64,000 nt of DNA from Callorhinchus milii. Taxonomy: Eukaryota. A model generated the notes under the pieces. It was not told the DNA's origin and ran no database searches. It saw only the letters and a program-made list of their open reading frames with translations. Shown here piece after piece: positions 1-13,476 of the stretch. Each line of letters begins with the position of its first letter. Position 1 is the first letter of the stretch. A program made the position numbers and the translations under genes. The stretch covers positions 60,886,001 through 60,950,000 of the forward strand of contig NW_024704743.1 of NCBI RefSeq assembly GCF_018977255.1, written 5' to 3'.

Positions 1-24
1 TCTTTTTCTCTGTTTCCCCCTCAG

Positions 25-151
25 GAGCCTCAGCTGCCAAAGGATAACACTTCATAAGAATTTATTTTTCTCTTACGTCTTCAACTCGGTCTTTACAATC
101 ATCCAGCTCATGGCAGTGGCTAATGACAAGGACGTCGTCTCCCGAAACCCT
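25..151 (+). CDS. CALCR: Calcitonin receptor internal exon (ICL1-TM2-ECL1): [42 protein letters not shown]
   Basis: Pyrimidine tract + cag acceptor ending at 24 and gtaagt donor at 152. 127 bp exon. Translation shows the class B GPCR motif [11 protein letters not shown]. Upstream exons lie outside the window. Confidence 0.95.
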
Positions 152-1324
152 GTAAGTGTTAAAGGATTCTGAATGCTGGAGGCAAAAGAAAAAATGAGGC
201 TCATCTCTCCAGCAAATACGGGATCGAAAAGCTTACTTGTAGGCTTAAGACCATTGCCTTGAACTATAAGATTGTGCAGAATTTTGGAAAACTGTCTTGA
301 ATTCTGCTGACATTCAGAAGCTTTCTGCAATTCATTTTAGGTGTTGTGAAAAATTGTCTTCCAAATTAAGATTGAATTTAAGACAATTTCCCACGGTAAC
401 CTTGATGGACTAGTGGATAGAGCTGCAGCTTATAAATCAGGAACTCACTGGTTCAAATCCCAGTCTGTCCGGAGTTCGCTGGTCTCAGCCTGGGCTGCAT
501 GAGGTCAGGGAGAGAAGTTAAATTTGCCTCCGGCTTTCCCAGTGTTACGGAGAAACACACACAGGATTCCAGCTCTTGGTTCCTTTTCAACACCCTTTAC
601 TGCTTATGTGTGTTTGTGGCGTGCCGACATTTACTACCAAGACCCGTACATGAACATTAGCTAATTGCATGGGGTGTTGGAGGAAAACCAGCATCCATGG
701 AACCTTGCCCCAGAAAAAGGAAGCCAGACCAAGAGAGGCACGTTGTGCCAGTGGGGAGAAAATTATAATAAAATAATTGGGCACATTTTTTAAAAAAAAA
801 GATAGTTCCAAGATTTCACACGACTACATTGAAATTTTAAGCCTAAGAACTTTTGGGCCCCTCATTAATAATTAGAAACATATGCACAGAATTTCCCTTT
901 ATCAGGCTGTGTTCAATCAAGGTATACTATTAGCTTTATGACCCACAGGAGCCTGCGATGGAATGGCATAGTTTAGTTCACGCAAGACTTTAATCCAGTT
1001 TCATTTTTACAAGACTCCAGTGTAAACAGTTAAAGCATTCTGATGGAAATGCAGTGGAAAAGTCAAAATGTCAACCTTCATTTGAGTGAATCTAGGTCAG
1101 CGTAAACACAATATATTGGCACCAGCCAGTTTATGTTGTGCATTATTTATACCTTAAAGTACAGGATCCACTTGATGTAAATAAGTGCCATAAAAAAANC
1201 TATGGCTTATTTGGGGAGGGAGAAGAAACAGGATATTCTGTGTCAATTTTGACATGACTCCTTCATTTGAAGGTAATGTGTTGATACTTCAGCATTATTG
1301 ATGTTCACAAACTTTTCTTCCACC

Positions 1325-1545
1325 TCACAGTGTGAGACAGATATTTCTTCTCCCAGCTCACAGTATTACAACAACAACTTGCATTTATGTAGTGCCCCTC
1401 ATGCAGGGTAGTCTCCCAGCGCACTAACATCTGTATTAGATAGATGTTTGTGCTCCAGTCTGCAATGTGAGACAGATGTTAGTACTTCCCAGCTCACAAC
1501 GAGACAAATATTAGTGCTCCTTGGCCCATAATGTGAGATAGATCT
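1325..1545. repeat. Degenerate ~35-40 bp minisatellite (cacaatgtgagacagatgttagt..cccagct) interrupted by a short L2 3' tail
   Basis: Several recognisable units. Minus-strand L2 tail at ~1369-1432 flanked by gtatta at 1363-1368 and 1433-1438. Confidence 0.6.
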
Positions 1546-1639
1546 TTACAACATCTCAGCTGGTTGGAGTAAATTGTTGTCAGAAATATTCAGAAAAACA
1601 TAATTTATACAAACTGTTTAAAGCATGTCAAATCCATTC

Positions 1640-1977
1640 ACTCCCTGGCACCTCCCTACCTCTCTGACCTCCTCACTCCCCAATCCATCCCCCGGCGCCT
1701 CTGCTTGACTGGCACCGGCCTCCTGCTTGTCCCTTTCACCTTCCTCCCCAACATCGGAGGTCACGCTTTCAGCCACTATATCCCAAAACTCTGGAACACT
1801 CCCTCAATCCCTCCAACTCTCCCCTCTTTCAAGTCGTGCCTGAAAATCTTCCTCTTTGACAGTGCGTACGGCCACCGCCCCACTCCCCCCGGATCAGAGA
1901 CAGGCTCTGCCGCTGTTAAGTGCGCTGAGACGCTACCCTGTGTGGAGGGCGCTATATAAGTGCAAATTGTTGTTGTA
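1640..1977 (+). mobile_element. L2-clade LINE 3' fragment
   Basis: Encodes LAPPYLSDLL..GGHAFSH..PKLWN..FKSCLKIFLF. Tail gggcgctatataagtgcaaattgttgttg. Confidence 0.85.
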
Positions 1978-3699
1978 AGGTTCTTTAACAGGGAATTTTG
2001 GGGCAAGGGTAGGGAGAGAGAATAGTCAGAAGAGAAATATGTAATTTTAATCACAATACAATTGATTTTAAGTATTGACAAAATAGAAATGGACTCAATA
2101 GGTTACAGCAAGAACACCGCCAACAACGTATATTTATATCCTGCTCTTCATGTATAATGGTATCTCGGAGTGTTTTACAGTGACAGAAATGGATACTGAG
2201 CAGGGAGGAGGGGAAAATTCTAATGCAATTATAAAGATGTGAAAGGATTGCTATTTTTCTTGAACAGCATAAGATACACTCCATTCTCTTCATGATGCAG
2301 TAAAAGTTTCAGTAGTCAGTATCATTTTCTAATTCAGATTCTATTACTGTGTGATGAATTATTTGATTGCATTGTATGCTGGCAGATGAACAAAACATTT
2401 CTCAAGCACCTTTCACTGGTAATGATGCCAGTTTAAGAAATAGGTTGCTTTTGAGCCTCCAGGAAATAGAACATTTCAGGTCTTTAATATGAAGCAAGAG
2501 TTTTTTTTAAAAAATGTATCTAATATCAAATGTTTGCCAATGAGTGTCTGATTCCAAAGTGTATACACTCACAGCTCTCTGGAATGTGGTGGTACATGAA
2601 TCGCACTCTGTCTCATATTTGTAGACTGTAAACATTGGCGACTCGTGTTGAATGTCAGATGTATTTCCAAGGGGTTAAAGGGGAGCAAGCCAAGGGTTTT
2701 CACAGTCAGTCTGAGTTGTAGACGGGCCAAGGATCTGTCTGTAGTCATCGAGACAAAGTTCAAATTGACCCAAATTCAAAATCTGCCCCTCGGAGAAATC
2801 GTTCCATAAGACCTCTGATATTAGGAGTTAAACATAATACCAGCACACTTTAAAAACAATGCAGCATTTCAATTGAAATAAAACAAATTTCACTATGCTA
2901 TATTTTAACAGTAACATTTGATTGTTTATTCATTCACAGTGATCTGATTCATAGATTATGTCATGAACAGGCAAATTTAAAAAGAGATGAGTTATCTACT
3001 TGTAGTCCTACCATTAATGACATCCTGCTTATAATGACTAAAAAGTAAAGTCCTGGTCCCTTCTTCACACATTTGTACTAAAAGCTTACTGTCCATGTCT
3101 ACGTCAACATAAACTCCAGCCCACTTATGTAGACAAATTATTCAGGTTCCAAACAGTATTAAAGGCATTGTTTTATTATCACTTATATCAACAGTGTCCT
3201 CTTAAATTAATATTTTTTACTTACATAACTATTTTTGTAAATACTTTAAATCATTTTCTGTAAATAATGTAATGACGTAAATAAATGGTTCGGGAATTTT
3301 AATGAAATGTATGAATATTTTAAAAAATCAATGAAAATGCATGGCACAGAAATGTTAATCACAGAATATCTATTGTCTGGCCTATGTCGACAAAACTCAA
3401 ATGATCTTGTCATAAGTGATTGGGCTGTATATAGAGAAAATTCCTTGCAGGACATTTATAGTATATGTAAAAATACACGTTTTTTTGTAAAATAATAGTA
3501 ATAATCCTTACATTTAAAGTAGATCCATTGAGGTTTAGGAGGTTTCAAAGCATTTCAGAGCATTCCTGTAAAGTGCAGTGACTTTGTACCATAAACAGCC
3601 ATGACATGAATTACCAATTTTATTTGGGATTATCAGCCAGGAAACTGGAAGAAACTCCCTTCTCTTTCTGAAGAGGGCCATGGGACCTCCCCACCTCGG

Positions 3700-4284
3700 G
3701 CGCTGGCAGCCAAAACCTTTATCCACGCATTCGTCACATCAAGGCTTGATTACGGAAACTCCCTCATCATCGGCCTTCCCACCTCTTCCCTTCACAAGCT
3801 GCAAATCATCCAAAACTCTGCAGCTCGTGTACTCTCGTGCACTAGGCTCCGTGACCCCATCACACCCACCCTCGCCCGACTCCACTGGCTCCTCATCCCC
3901 CAGAGGCTCGAGTTCAAGATCCTCGTCCCTCCTACCTCTCTGACCTGCTGACTCCCTACCAACCTGCCCGCTCCCTCCTTTCAGCGGGTTCCGGTCTGCT
4001 CCATGTCTCCCGCCCAACCCGCCCTACCATCGGTGGCCGGGCTTTCAGCCTCTCTGCCCCCACACTCTAGAACTCCATCCCACGGTCCCTTCGCCTCACT
4101 TCCTCCCTTGCCTCCTTCAAGGCCGGTCTCAAGACCTTTCACTTTGGTCGCCCTCCCACCTCTCTGCCTTCCCTCACCCTTACACCACCCCTCCCCCATG
4201 CTCGGGCCCTGACACCTCTGTTCAGCACTTTGGGACGTCCTCCCGACGTGAAAGGCGCTCTATAAATGTAATTTTGTTGTTGTT
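3700..4284 (+). mobile_element. L2-clade LINE 3' fragment
   Basis: ORF2 C-terminal remnants. Tail gggacgtcctcccgacgtgaaaggcgctctataaatgtaattttgttgttg. Confidence 0.85.
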
Positions 4285-4889
4285 TAAAGTACTGAACAGG
4301 TAGACTGGATCTTGGTTTAATGTCCTATCTCTGAACATAATTATTGTACAATGCCATTAAAATTAAGTTCACCAGGTGGACTCCCTGCCACACAGAACAG
4401 AAGGCTGTGGGTTCCAATTGCACTGTGCTGAACCCAGCTGGGTTAGCTGGCCTTGGTCCCTTAAGTTAGGAAGATAATGATCAGTCAAATGTCCTGCTCC
4501 TTATCTCTATCCAAGAACCTTACTAACAAGGACATCATATGAGGACAGAGTTGGGTTGATGATGCCCCTGTGGTAGATTAGCCTACTATTACTAATTGAC
4601 TGACATATTGACAAGGTACAGGGGAGCAACTGCACACTGCTGTCCTGTACCACAGTGGAAGAAAAATTGAGTAAGACGCTTTCAGGAGATGAAGAACGAA
4701 AATTTTTTCCAAAATTTGTGATCTGACTGTGATTGTTCAGTTAAAAAAAAGCAAATGCCAGATTGTGACTCAACTCAGATGACTTCAGATTCACCTGTTC
4801 CTTCAATATAGGATCCCCTGGACATGTGTGGTCAGTCTCATGTTTCTCTTCACGTGCAGTGGTGGCAATTGATTCCTGACAGACTAATA

Positions 4890-5440
4890 CAACAACAATA
4901 ACAACTTGCATTTATATAGCTCCCTTCAAGTGGGGTATCATCCCGGAGCGCTTGACAGTGGCAGAGTCTGACACTGAGCCAGGGAGAGAGGGAGAGGGGA
5001 GGTGACCATAAGCATGATCAAAAAGGAAGATCTTTAAGCAGGATTTGAAAGTGGGGAGGGAGGGGCAAGGCGGAGGGACTGAGGGAGAGAGTTCCAGAAT
5101 TTCGGGGCGTAGTGGCTGAAGGCACGGCCACTGATGGTTGAGCAGAGGACAAAGAGTAGATTGAAGCCAGCTGAGTGGAGGCAGCAGGTGGTGGATTGGG
5201 GAGTAAGCAGGTCGGATAGGTAGGGAGGTGCCAGGGCATCAAGTGATGTGAGAACAAGTGAGAGAATCTGTCAAATACTGGTGTGATGGGGGTACGGAGT
5301 TTTGTGCGGGTGAGTATCCATGTGGTGGAGTTTTGAATTAGTTGGATTTTGTGTAATGTGGAGCTGGGGAGACCAGTAAGGAAGGTATTGGAATAGTCCA
5401 GCCGGGAAGTAACAAAGGCGTGGGCGAGGGTTTCGGCGTT
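4890..5440 (-). mobile_element. L2-clade LINE 3' fragment
   Basis: Begins with acaacaacaataacaacttgcatttatatagc (reverse-complement tail) followed by a purine-rich antisense ORF2 end. Confidence 0.8.
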
Positions 5441-5481
5441 AAATACCCTGTCGATTGGCTGTGAATCACATTATTATAGTG

Positions 5482-5555
5482 TGGAATGTGGTTCCTGTCA
5501 GCCACCTAGGAATGTGATTCCTGTCAGTCAAGTGGGAATATGGTTCCAGTCAATC
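5482..5555. repeat. ~27 bp degenerate tandem repeat (ggaatgtggttcctgtcagyca), 3 copies
   Basis: Units visible directly in sequence. Confidence 0.6.
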
Positions 5556-6154
5556 ATTGAACATTTGTTGCAGAATAAAAATATTAATAAATTGTAAGGA
5601 TCTCTTTTGAGTGATATTTAGGTGTAAGTGTGAGAGATTCTAATGGTTTCAGTCCAAACCCAGTCGATGTGATATAACTCACCTTCATTTAGCAGTTGTG
5701 ATTGTGAAAGCCGAAATGAAACGTATAGAATGGAACATGCAGAAAAACAGGTACATATTTTTTGAGGGGAAGGAAATGTCGTGATGGGGTCACATAGGAT
5801 AGAATCTTGGATGCTTCATAGTGGTGGGGTTGAATGCCAAGCAAGGGTGAAGAGGGAGGTTACCAAAGGTGCAGTTAAAGTGATAAGTTTGAAGGTTAGA
5901 TTTTAAGACAGATAGAAAGGGGACAAGGTGGATGGGTAGAGGCTGGGCAATCCAGAGGTTACGGGTGCAGTGGACTGAAGGCTTGGCAACCAATGATGCT
6001 GTAGAGGAGGCGGAGCTGTGCAGCACACCCGAGTTTCCTAAGCAGAGGAGCACATAAACGGGTGTGAGAAAATCAGGAAGGTGTGAGAGCACAAATGGAT
6101 TTTGTATGTGAGGGTGAGGATCAGAGAAGTTAAGGTGGAAAGTAATATATTAAT

Positions 6155-6420
6155 AATAACAATAATAATAATAATAATCGTTGCATTTAATATTGCAGCT
6201 TGTAACGTTGTTGAGATGTCTAAAAGCGCTTCACGGGATATACTGTAAAGTGGATTGACTGTGTATTTTGTGTGCGAAACGGTGCAGCCAGCAATGTCCC
6301 ATAAAAAGCCATAGAGCGAGTGAACAATTTTTATTTGGGGATTGTTGGTCAGGACACTGGGAGAAACTCCCTTCTCTTTTTGAATAGTGCCATAGGATAT
6401 TTAACATCCATCTGAACAAA
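6155..6420 (-). mobile_element. SINE 3' part with (TTA)n tail (Deu-type body), inside an old minus-strand L2 (~5800-6550)
   Basis: (aat)n tail, then gcatttaatatt...cgcttcac...ggacactgggagaaactcccttctcttt. Confidence 0.7.
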
Positions 6421-7289
6421 ATGTGGAGAAAGATTTTGGCAACATTTGGTGTGAGATAGGGGTGAAGTTGGACAATGTGGAAGAGGTAAAGAAAAGCAGA
6501 CTTGGTCAGTGTCCCATTATGAGGAAGGAAAGAGACCTGAGGATCGAACTAGATTCTCAAATTCAATCCTGATTTGTAAACCAATTTTCCAGCATTCTTA
6601 GACATAACTGTCTTCTGAATGAAGACTGAATTGAAGATTTTTTTCCTCAAATCTTCATTATGTAAAATGCTAAGACAATATGATCTTTTTGGCTAAGATT
6701 GAAATTTTGACCATCTGAGTACTGAGCCACCTAGAGCACAAGCTGAGTAATACATGGACAAATAGGAGTTCATGGCTTTATCTCTCCTTACTATATTCCA
6801 TGCTAAGGAAACAGTCACACCGAATATTGCGGAACTCCATAACTGTTTCAGTATATCATTGCGGCCCTCTAGCTACACATCCATATTCCCAAACGATTCC
6901 TTCCACACATCTGTCTCGCTCACTTTGAATTCTTTCACGTGAATGGTCCATTGACTCAACAAGCATTGTCAGAAGATGGCATTTATCTCTTACTTCCTGC
7001 TCCCCAACCCAGCGCTCTTTTCCAAGCTCTGAATTCCTTTTCTAACAGCACCCCATTGTTTCCCAGACTCAGTGCCCCTTTCCAAATGCAGTCAAAGATT
7101 ATTACTGATTTTTAATGTAGTTTTAGAAATACATTAGTCTGTTTTTGGTTAGTTAGTTAAAGTCAACTTTTTTTTCCGTCTCACCAAATTTTCTCTTCTT
7201 TCCCTTTCCCCAACCTACCCTCCAGATGATATTTTTCCTTCTACTGGGCTGTGGTTTAACAGGGGCCATTGTTTAATAATAATACCAAC

Positions 7290-7472
7290 AATAATAATAA
7301 ATTGGTCACACAATCCACAACTGTTCATGGGACGCTGCTGGGCTCAATTGGCTGCCGCGTTTCGCCCAAAAAATATATAGTCAATTCACTTTCAGTATAT
7401 TCTGTGAAGTGCTTTGAGATGCCTCAAAGACATGATAAGGCGCTGTATCAAATGCAGGATTATTATTATTAT
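7290..7472 (+). mobile_element. SINE 3' half with (TTA)n tail
   Basis: aattggtcac..caattggctgccgcgtttcgccc..aaatgcaggattattattat; same sequence as the other copies. Confidence 0.8.
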
Positions 7473-7724
7473 GTGTTTTTAGGTGGAGCACGAACCATGA
7501 TGAAGCTGGAGAGCATTGTATGTGAACAGTGCAGATGCACTCATCTCCTTCTGTGCATATTCCTTGCAATACAGCCCAAGATCCGCGCAATTATTGTGTT
7601 AACTATGCTCAGCTCAGCAAACTGTGTTCACTCCCACATACCCTCTACTCCAGCATTGGCGGCTGTGATTTCAGCCAAATCTCCTCGACTCAATCCTTCC
7701 ATTTATGTCCATCTTCAAATCACA

Positions 7725-9030
7725 CCTGAAGTTGAAGAGGGTCTTGAGGCGGGACTTGAAGGAGGCTAGGGAGGGGGCGAGGCGGAGTGATTGGGCGATG
7801 GAATTCCAGAAATTGGGGGCAGAGTGGCTGAAGGCTCTCCTGCCAATAATGGGGCGGGTGAGTCGGGGGACGTGGAGCAGGCTGGAGCCGGCTGAGTGGA
7901 GGGAACGGCTGGGTTGGTAGGGGGTGAGGGGCAGCCTGTGGAGGGAGGAGTTGGGAAGGCCGACAAGCAGAACGTTTGCATAGTCGAGCCTGGAGGTGAT
8001 GAAGGCATGAACAAGAGTTTCAGCGGCCTGAGGGGTGAGGTAGTGGCGGAGTCAGGCGATATTATGGAGGTGAGGGAAGGCAGAGCGGATCATGGCTTGA
8101 ATGTTGGGGAGAAAAGACAGTTGAGGGTTGAACAAGACACCAGGTTCCTGACTGGCGGTGAGTTGCAGTGTGCAACCATGGAGGTTGATGCTGCCAGAGC
8201 CTGAGGTGAGAGGCGCTGGCGCGAGCCAATCAGGAGGGCCTCAGTCTTGTTCACATTCAACTGTAGGAAATTTGCCCTCATCCAGGACTTAATGTCCGAC
8301 AGACAGTCTGTCAGGACTGTGGTCCTGGAGTTGAGGATGGAGGCAGAAAGATAGAGTTGGGTGTCATCCGCATACATATGGAAGTTGACCCCATGTCTGC
8401 GGATGATGTCACCAAGGGGGAGCATATAGATATTAAAGAGGAGAGGGCCAAGGACAGAGCCCTGGGGGACCCCATACGTGACAGCACGGGGGCTGGAGGA
8501 GAAACCGTCAGAGGCAACAAAGTGGAGGTGGTGAGAGAGATAGGATTTGATCCAGGCAAGGGCAGGTCCATGAAGATTGAGTAAAGCAGAGAGGCGTTGT
8601 ATGAGGATGGAGTGGTCGACAGTGTGGAAGGCGGCAGAGAGGTCGAGGAGGACAAGGAGGCAGAGGGAGCCCTGATCACAGATGTTCAGAATGTCATTAG
8701 TGACTTTGACCAGGGCTGTTTCCGTGCTGTGGGCAGCGTGGAAGTCGGATTGGAGGGGTTCAAAGAGGGAATGGCGAGAGGGAACGGAGTGGAGCTGGGA
8801 TGCGACGACTCGTTCCAGGACCTTGGAGAGGAATGGAAGGTTAGAGATGGGGCTGTAGCTGGAGAGGAGGGATGGATCCAGAGAAGCTTTCTTCAAGATG
8901 GGGATGATGACAACTGTTTTTAGGAGGTGGGAAGGTTGATGGCATTGGACAGGAGAGGGGCCAGAAGGTGGAGCTGGGAGACAAGGGAAGAGGTGGGGAT
9001 GGGATCGACGGAGCAGGTGGTGGGTCCTAA
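7725..9030 (-). mobile_element. L2-clade LINE, reverse-transcriptase region (internally deleted, non-functional)
   Basis: ORF 8090..8896 has [49 protein letters not shown]. Confidence 0.95.
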
Positions 9031-10874
9031 TTTACCCACAGGCACAGAAATGACTTATTCTCAGACTCATAGTGAAACTATGGCTGTTTTTCGGAAGCAG
9101 ACTCTGTCCTGCATTAAAAGCCCACAAATGATTTTACTTCATGTGGTGACTTCCCAGGATAGCCCAAACCACAGAAATCGTTAGTGGTTCCGATTTTGAG
9201 TCAATTAAGTGCCAAATATTTGCACACTTAAAATAACATGTATTTAATGAGACGGTCAGTCTATTATGTTTGTTGTGCTTGGTAGCTATACTTACGTGAC
9301 GTCCTCATCTATGGTTTCTTGAACCTAAGCAGTCAGTAAAAAAGATTTAACATCTCTATCAGATTAGTTAATTGATCCAAATTGGCATTAAACTGAAGTT
9401 GCTGTTTATGTGTAGGCTTCAAGCAGAGATTGATAAATCCCAAAAGGTGGTTGCGATTACATGGTTTCTGCTGGTTTGCATATCAATCAACCTTCCAGTA
9501 CCTAGGAGGTGTTTAAAGGATCAGGCCTGGCTATATGACAAGGTCTTTGCCAACATATTTTCTTAAGAACACATAACACAAATGCAAAATCACTTTGAAA
9601 TGTAACTTCAAGTTACTTGCATAATTACATTGTCAAACCTGCCAGTGATTCCACCCCGATCAAAAATAGACTTGCAAAAACATTTTTAATTGAAGGTAGT
9701 GCCCTTTTATGTCAGAGTATTCCCATAGTAAACCTACTTCTGCATCCAACCCTACCATTGTGCAGTCCTCTGAGCCACTATCCTGCATGAAGGGTGCTCC
9801 ATAAATGCAAGTTGTCATTGTTGTTGTTATTGAAGTAGTATTTTTCCATTGAAATAATAGTAATAATCCTTGTGTTTGGTATAGTGCCTTTCACACCAGG
9901 AGGACATCTTGAAGTGTCTCATGGGATATTTTTGATCTTGTCTGTAAAGTGTAGTGACGGTGTATTCTGTGAGTGAACGTAATATAGCTTTCCCACTGAC
10001 ACAACACCTTTTAAAGTACTTGAGTTTTGTGTTTGCTGACTGTGTTTCTCTTGGGCCAACAGTTAGGGCATCAAAGTGATCTTGAGGTGAAAAAGATGAC
10101 ATTTGATGTGATAATCCTATTGACAAAATTTCCATTCCTGCCAATTTCCCAGTCAGTAAATACTTCGATCCTCCAACTAAATGAAAATGTTTGGGCTCAA
10201 AACCACCTGGCAATCTGACAATAAAATAAAAAAGAATTCTTATTATTTTTATTATATTTATCAGGTCTCCTTCCAGCTCTCTCCATTGGACTGAGAGAAA
10301 ATGCAGTTTTCTGGTGTCTCCTCAAAGCTTTCCATCCCTGGTAACACATCCTATTGAGCACACTATAGGAAAGACAAAATTCAATGTTGCAAAAAATTCT
10401 AATCAACTGTGTAATGTTACACCATAACCTAATTCTGGAGGATCCGAATAAATAGAACAATCTACATATTTCACGAAAATCATTTATTTCCAAGAGATAT
10501 TTTTGTCAGTGGTCGTGATGTAAATATCTCCCATGTTTGCGAATGCGTAAAATATCATTAGAAATATCTTCTGCGATCTCTGTTTCCCAAGTAACAGTAG
10601 CAGAGGCTGGGAGACCCACTTGATAGTCGGATAACTTTACTCCCAGCATGTTTCCCTATTTTGTTGCCATTATTTGGCTAGCGTGAATTACAGAAATACA
10701 TTTCTAATGATTGTGTGGGGGTGTGAACATCTGAGGTCATTGTGCTGTTTCATGCTATGTGGAGCATCATTGGGGCCTGGTCAGTCCAGCCCCAAATTTT
10801 TCATCACAGGATCACAAGACTGGTTTGGATGAAGAAGGTCCTTCAGCCCATCTGATCTCATCTTTCCAGAATAG

Positions 10875-11358
10875 ATAAGAACATAAGAAATAAGAGCAGG
10901 AGTAGACCATTTGGCCCCTCGAGCCTGCCCTGCCATTTAATAAGATCATGGCCAATCTTCTAACCTAATTACATTTACCCGCCCTACCCCCATATCCTTT
11001 AATCCCCTTTCGTTTTTAAAAATCTATCGATCACAGTCTTGAATATGTTCAATGACTGAGCCTCCACAGCCTTCTGGCGTAGAGAATTCCATAAATTCAC
11101 TACCCTCTGAGTGAAGAAATGTTTTCTCAACTCAGTTCTAAAGGACTGACTTTTAATCCAGAGACTATGACCCCTAGTTTTAGATTCTCCAACCAGGGGA
11201 AACAGTCTCACACTATCTATCCTGTCAAGATCCTTAAGAATCTTATAGGTTTCTATAAGATCACCTCTAATTCTTCTATATTCTAGAGAATATAGGTCTA
11301 GTCTACTCAACCTCTCCTTGTAGGTCAACCCCTTCATCCCAGGAACCAACTTAGTGAA
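10875..11358 (-). mobile_element. CR1-clade LINE 3' end
   Basis: ORF 10999..11349 YKERLSRLDLYSLEYRRIRGDLIETYKIL..TRGHSL..FFTQRVVNLWNSL. ataagaacataaga terminal repeat. Confidence 0.93.
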
Positions 11359-13476
11359 TACCCGCCTACCTTCTTCCTATCACAGTAGCAAAGTATTTTT
11401 TTTAAATGAGTCCTGTGTCCTGGCCTCAAGCCCTCTTCCTGGCAAGCTGTTCCAGTTGTTAATTACCCGCTGCTTTTTTAAAAAAAAACTTTCTGGTGTT
11501 TGGCCTGAAATACCATTTGCAACCCTAAACCTATGTTCTCATGTTACAATTCAAACTTGCATTTATATAGTACCTTTCACATCGGGAAAAGCTTGATTAC
11601 AAAGGAAGATTTCCCAAATTTAGCCCCAGGACCATTGTATATTCCAAATTGCCTCCATGGCAGGCTTGCCTATTAATGTTGAAGCACATAAGTTTAGTTC
11701 TCTAAACTGGTTTCATAGTCTGTTTTCATAGTGTTTCAGATCTACATGTTCCTTGTGTATCTCAGGAGGCTAGCTAGTTCTAATCTGGAACACCAGTTTC
11801 AGTATCTACTGACGGAGTAGCATTGCAGCTAGGGAAAGAAGACAAAGTGTATTTTGTTCCATACTGGGGATTTCTGGATCACTAAGCAGAATTCACCATT
11901 GGGCACATCATTATCCTAGCCTGGCATCTTCCCAACTAAAAGTAAATTCATGAAGGAGAACAGTAAATATGCACAGAAATGGGAAGAGCTATGAGAGCGA
12001 TTGGGGGGGAATTACAATAAAAACAAATCCTCAGAAAGCTTTTGTGAAATATTGCTTCTACATTTACGATGATGTTAAACTATACATAACCAGACTGAGT
12101 GGCTTTAATGTCATTATTCAAAACTTCATAGTTGGATTAAAAAATCTGTAATATGGATCAAATTATTCACAGTTAGAAAAATTGCTCTGCTCTCCCAGTG
12201 GAATTTCTTTAAATGTAAAGATTCAAATTTGTAATGGGATCTTGTACTTTGAACATGTACAATCCCTACCTTACAGTTAATGAGAAAGGACATTCTGGGC
12301 ACATTTCTCCATTATTTCAATTAAAATCATTTGTTTTAAAAATTTTAGTTACTAATTCAATTTAGTCAGTAACTAGCCTCACAGGCAGAGCCAGTCGGCG
12401 AGGTCAAGAACAAGGCAGTTTTCCGATGATGACATTTCACTGGGAGGAATGGAAATGTTTATTCATTTTATAATTTCATGTTCAAATTCATCTTTCAAAT
12501 TCCCTTGTATGCAATAAAGTCTCATATCACATCTTGAGCACAATTGTTTTTTACAAAACCACTATGGACAAGTGCCTATAAAAGTGTAAAGAAACATTCG
12601 TTTTTATTTAAGAAAATGTTACTTTTGCTTTTGGAAACAAATATATTCCATTTATAGTAGACATGCCTGAAATAATCTGTTGGAATGAGTAGTTATACTG
12701 AATTGAAATGAAGAATCTAAGCATAAGTTTTTTATTTCAGAAGTTGAAATGTGCCAGAATTGTCCAATGATTTATTGAATCCTTGCCCTAGATATATTGG
12801 AAGGTCTGCAAAGGGTTTCAGTCCGACCTCTTTCACTGTTGCTTTGAAGGATTTAAGGTCATTGCAGAAAGTTTCAAGGCTGCTAAGAATAAAAATATTG
12901 TAGTGGGGTCAAGTATTTTATAAGAGGTGTATTCAGATAAATGCTGGCATGGGATTCAGATGCCACAAAAGTCAGATTCCCTAAGGTTTAAGTGTGAAGT
13001 TTTCATAGCTGGTGCCTCAGCAGAGAAAAACACTGCACTCAGCTTCAGAGACTTGGATTGTTGGAGACTATATGACATACAACCCACTGGACTGCCAGGG
13101 AGTGGATGCACGTCCTTGTATCCACTGGATCGTTAAGTATCTAATACAAATCAACAGAATCAAATATTACTCCTTTCTTAAACACCAAGATTGTCACAAT
13201 CAGACACTAAGACTACCAGATCTTCAAGGGAAAGTTGATGCAGACCCCTAAAACATCAGAATAAAAGTGAAGATTAATAATTCTCCTTATATTTGATAGA
13301 GACACTGAGAGGACATCTCAAGTGCTTCTCAGGATAGACTGTAAAATGAAGGGACAGCATATTTTGCAGGTGAACATGGGCCCAAAGTTTCAATCATAAT
13401 GTCCCACAAAAGGCCGTGAAGTAAATGACAGATTTTCTTTGGAGTCAAACAGGTAGATATTTGAGAAGACTAGACT

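Noticed and set aside
1199..1199. Single N base
   Set aside because: Assembly ambiguity after a poly-A run; no biological meaning.
7269..7769. 166 aa ORF
   Set aside because: It runs across a SINE tail, unique DNA and antisense L2, and shows no protein-family features.
8090..8896. 268 aa reverse-transcriptase ORF as a domesticated gene or retron-like system
   Set aside because: Typical L2 RT with degenerate motifs and an internal deletion, and several related copies lie in the window.
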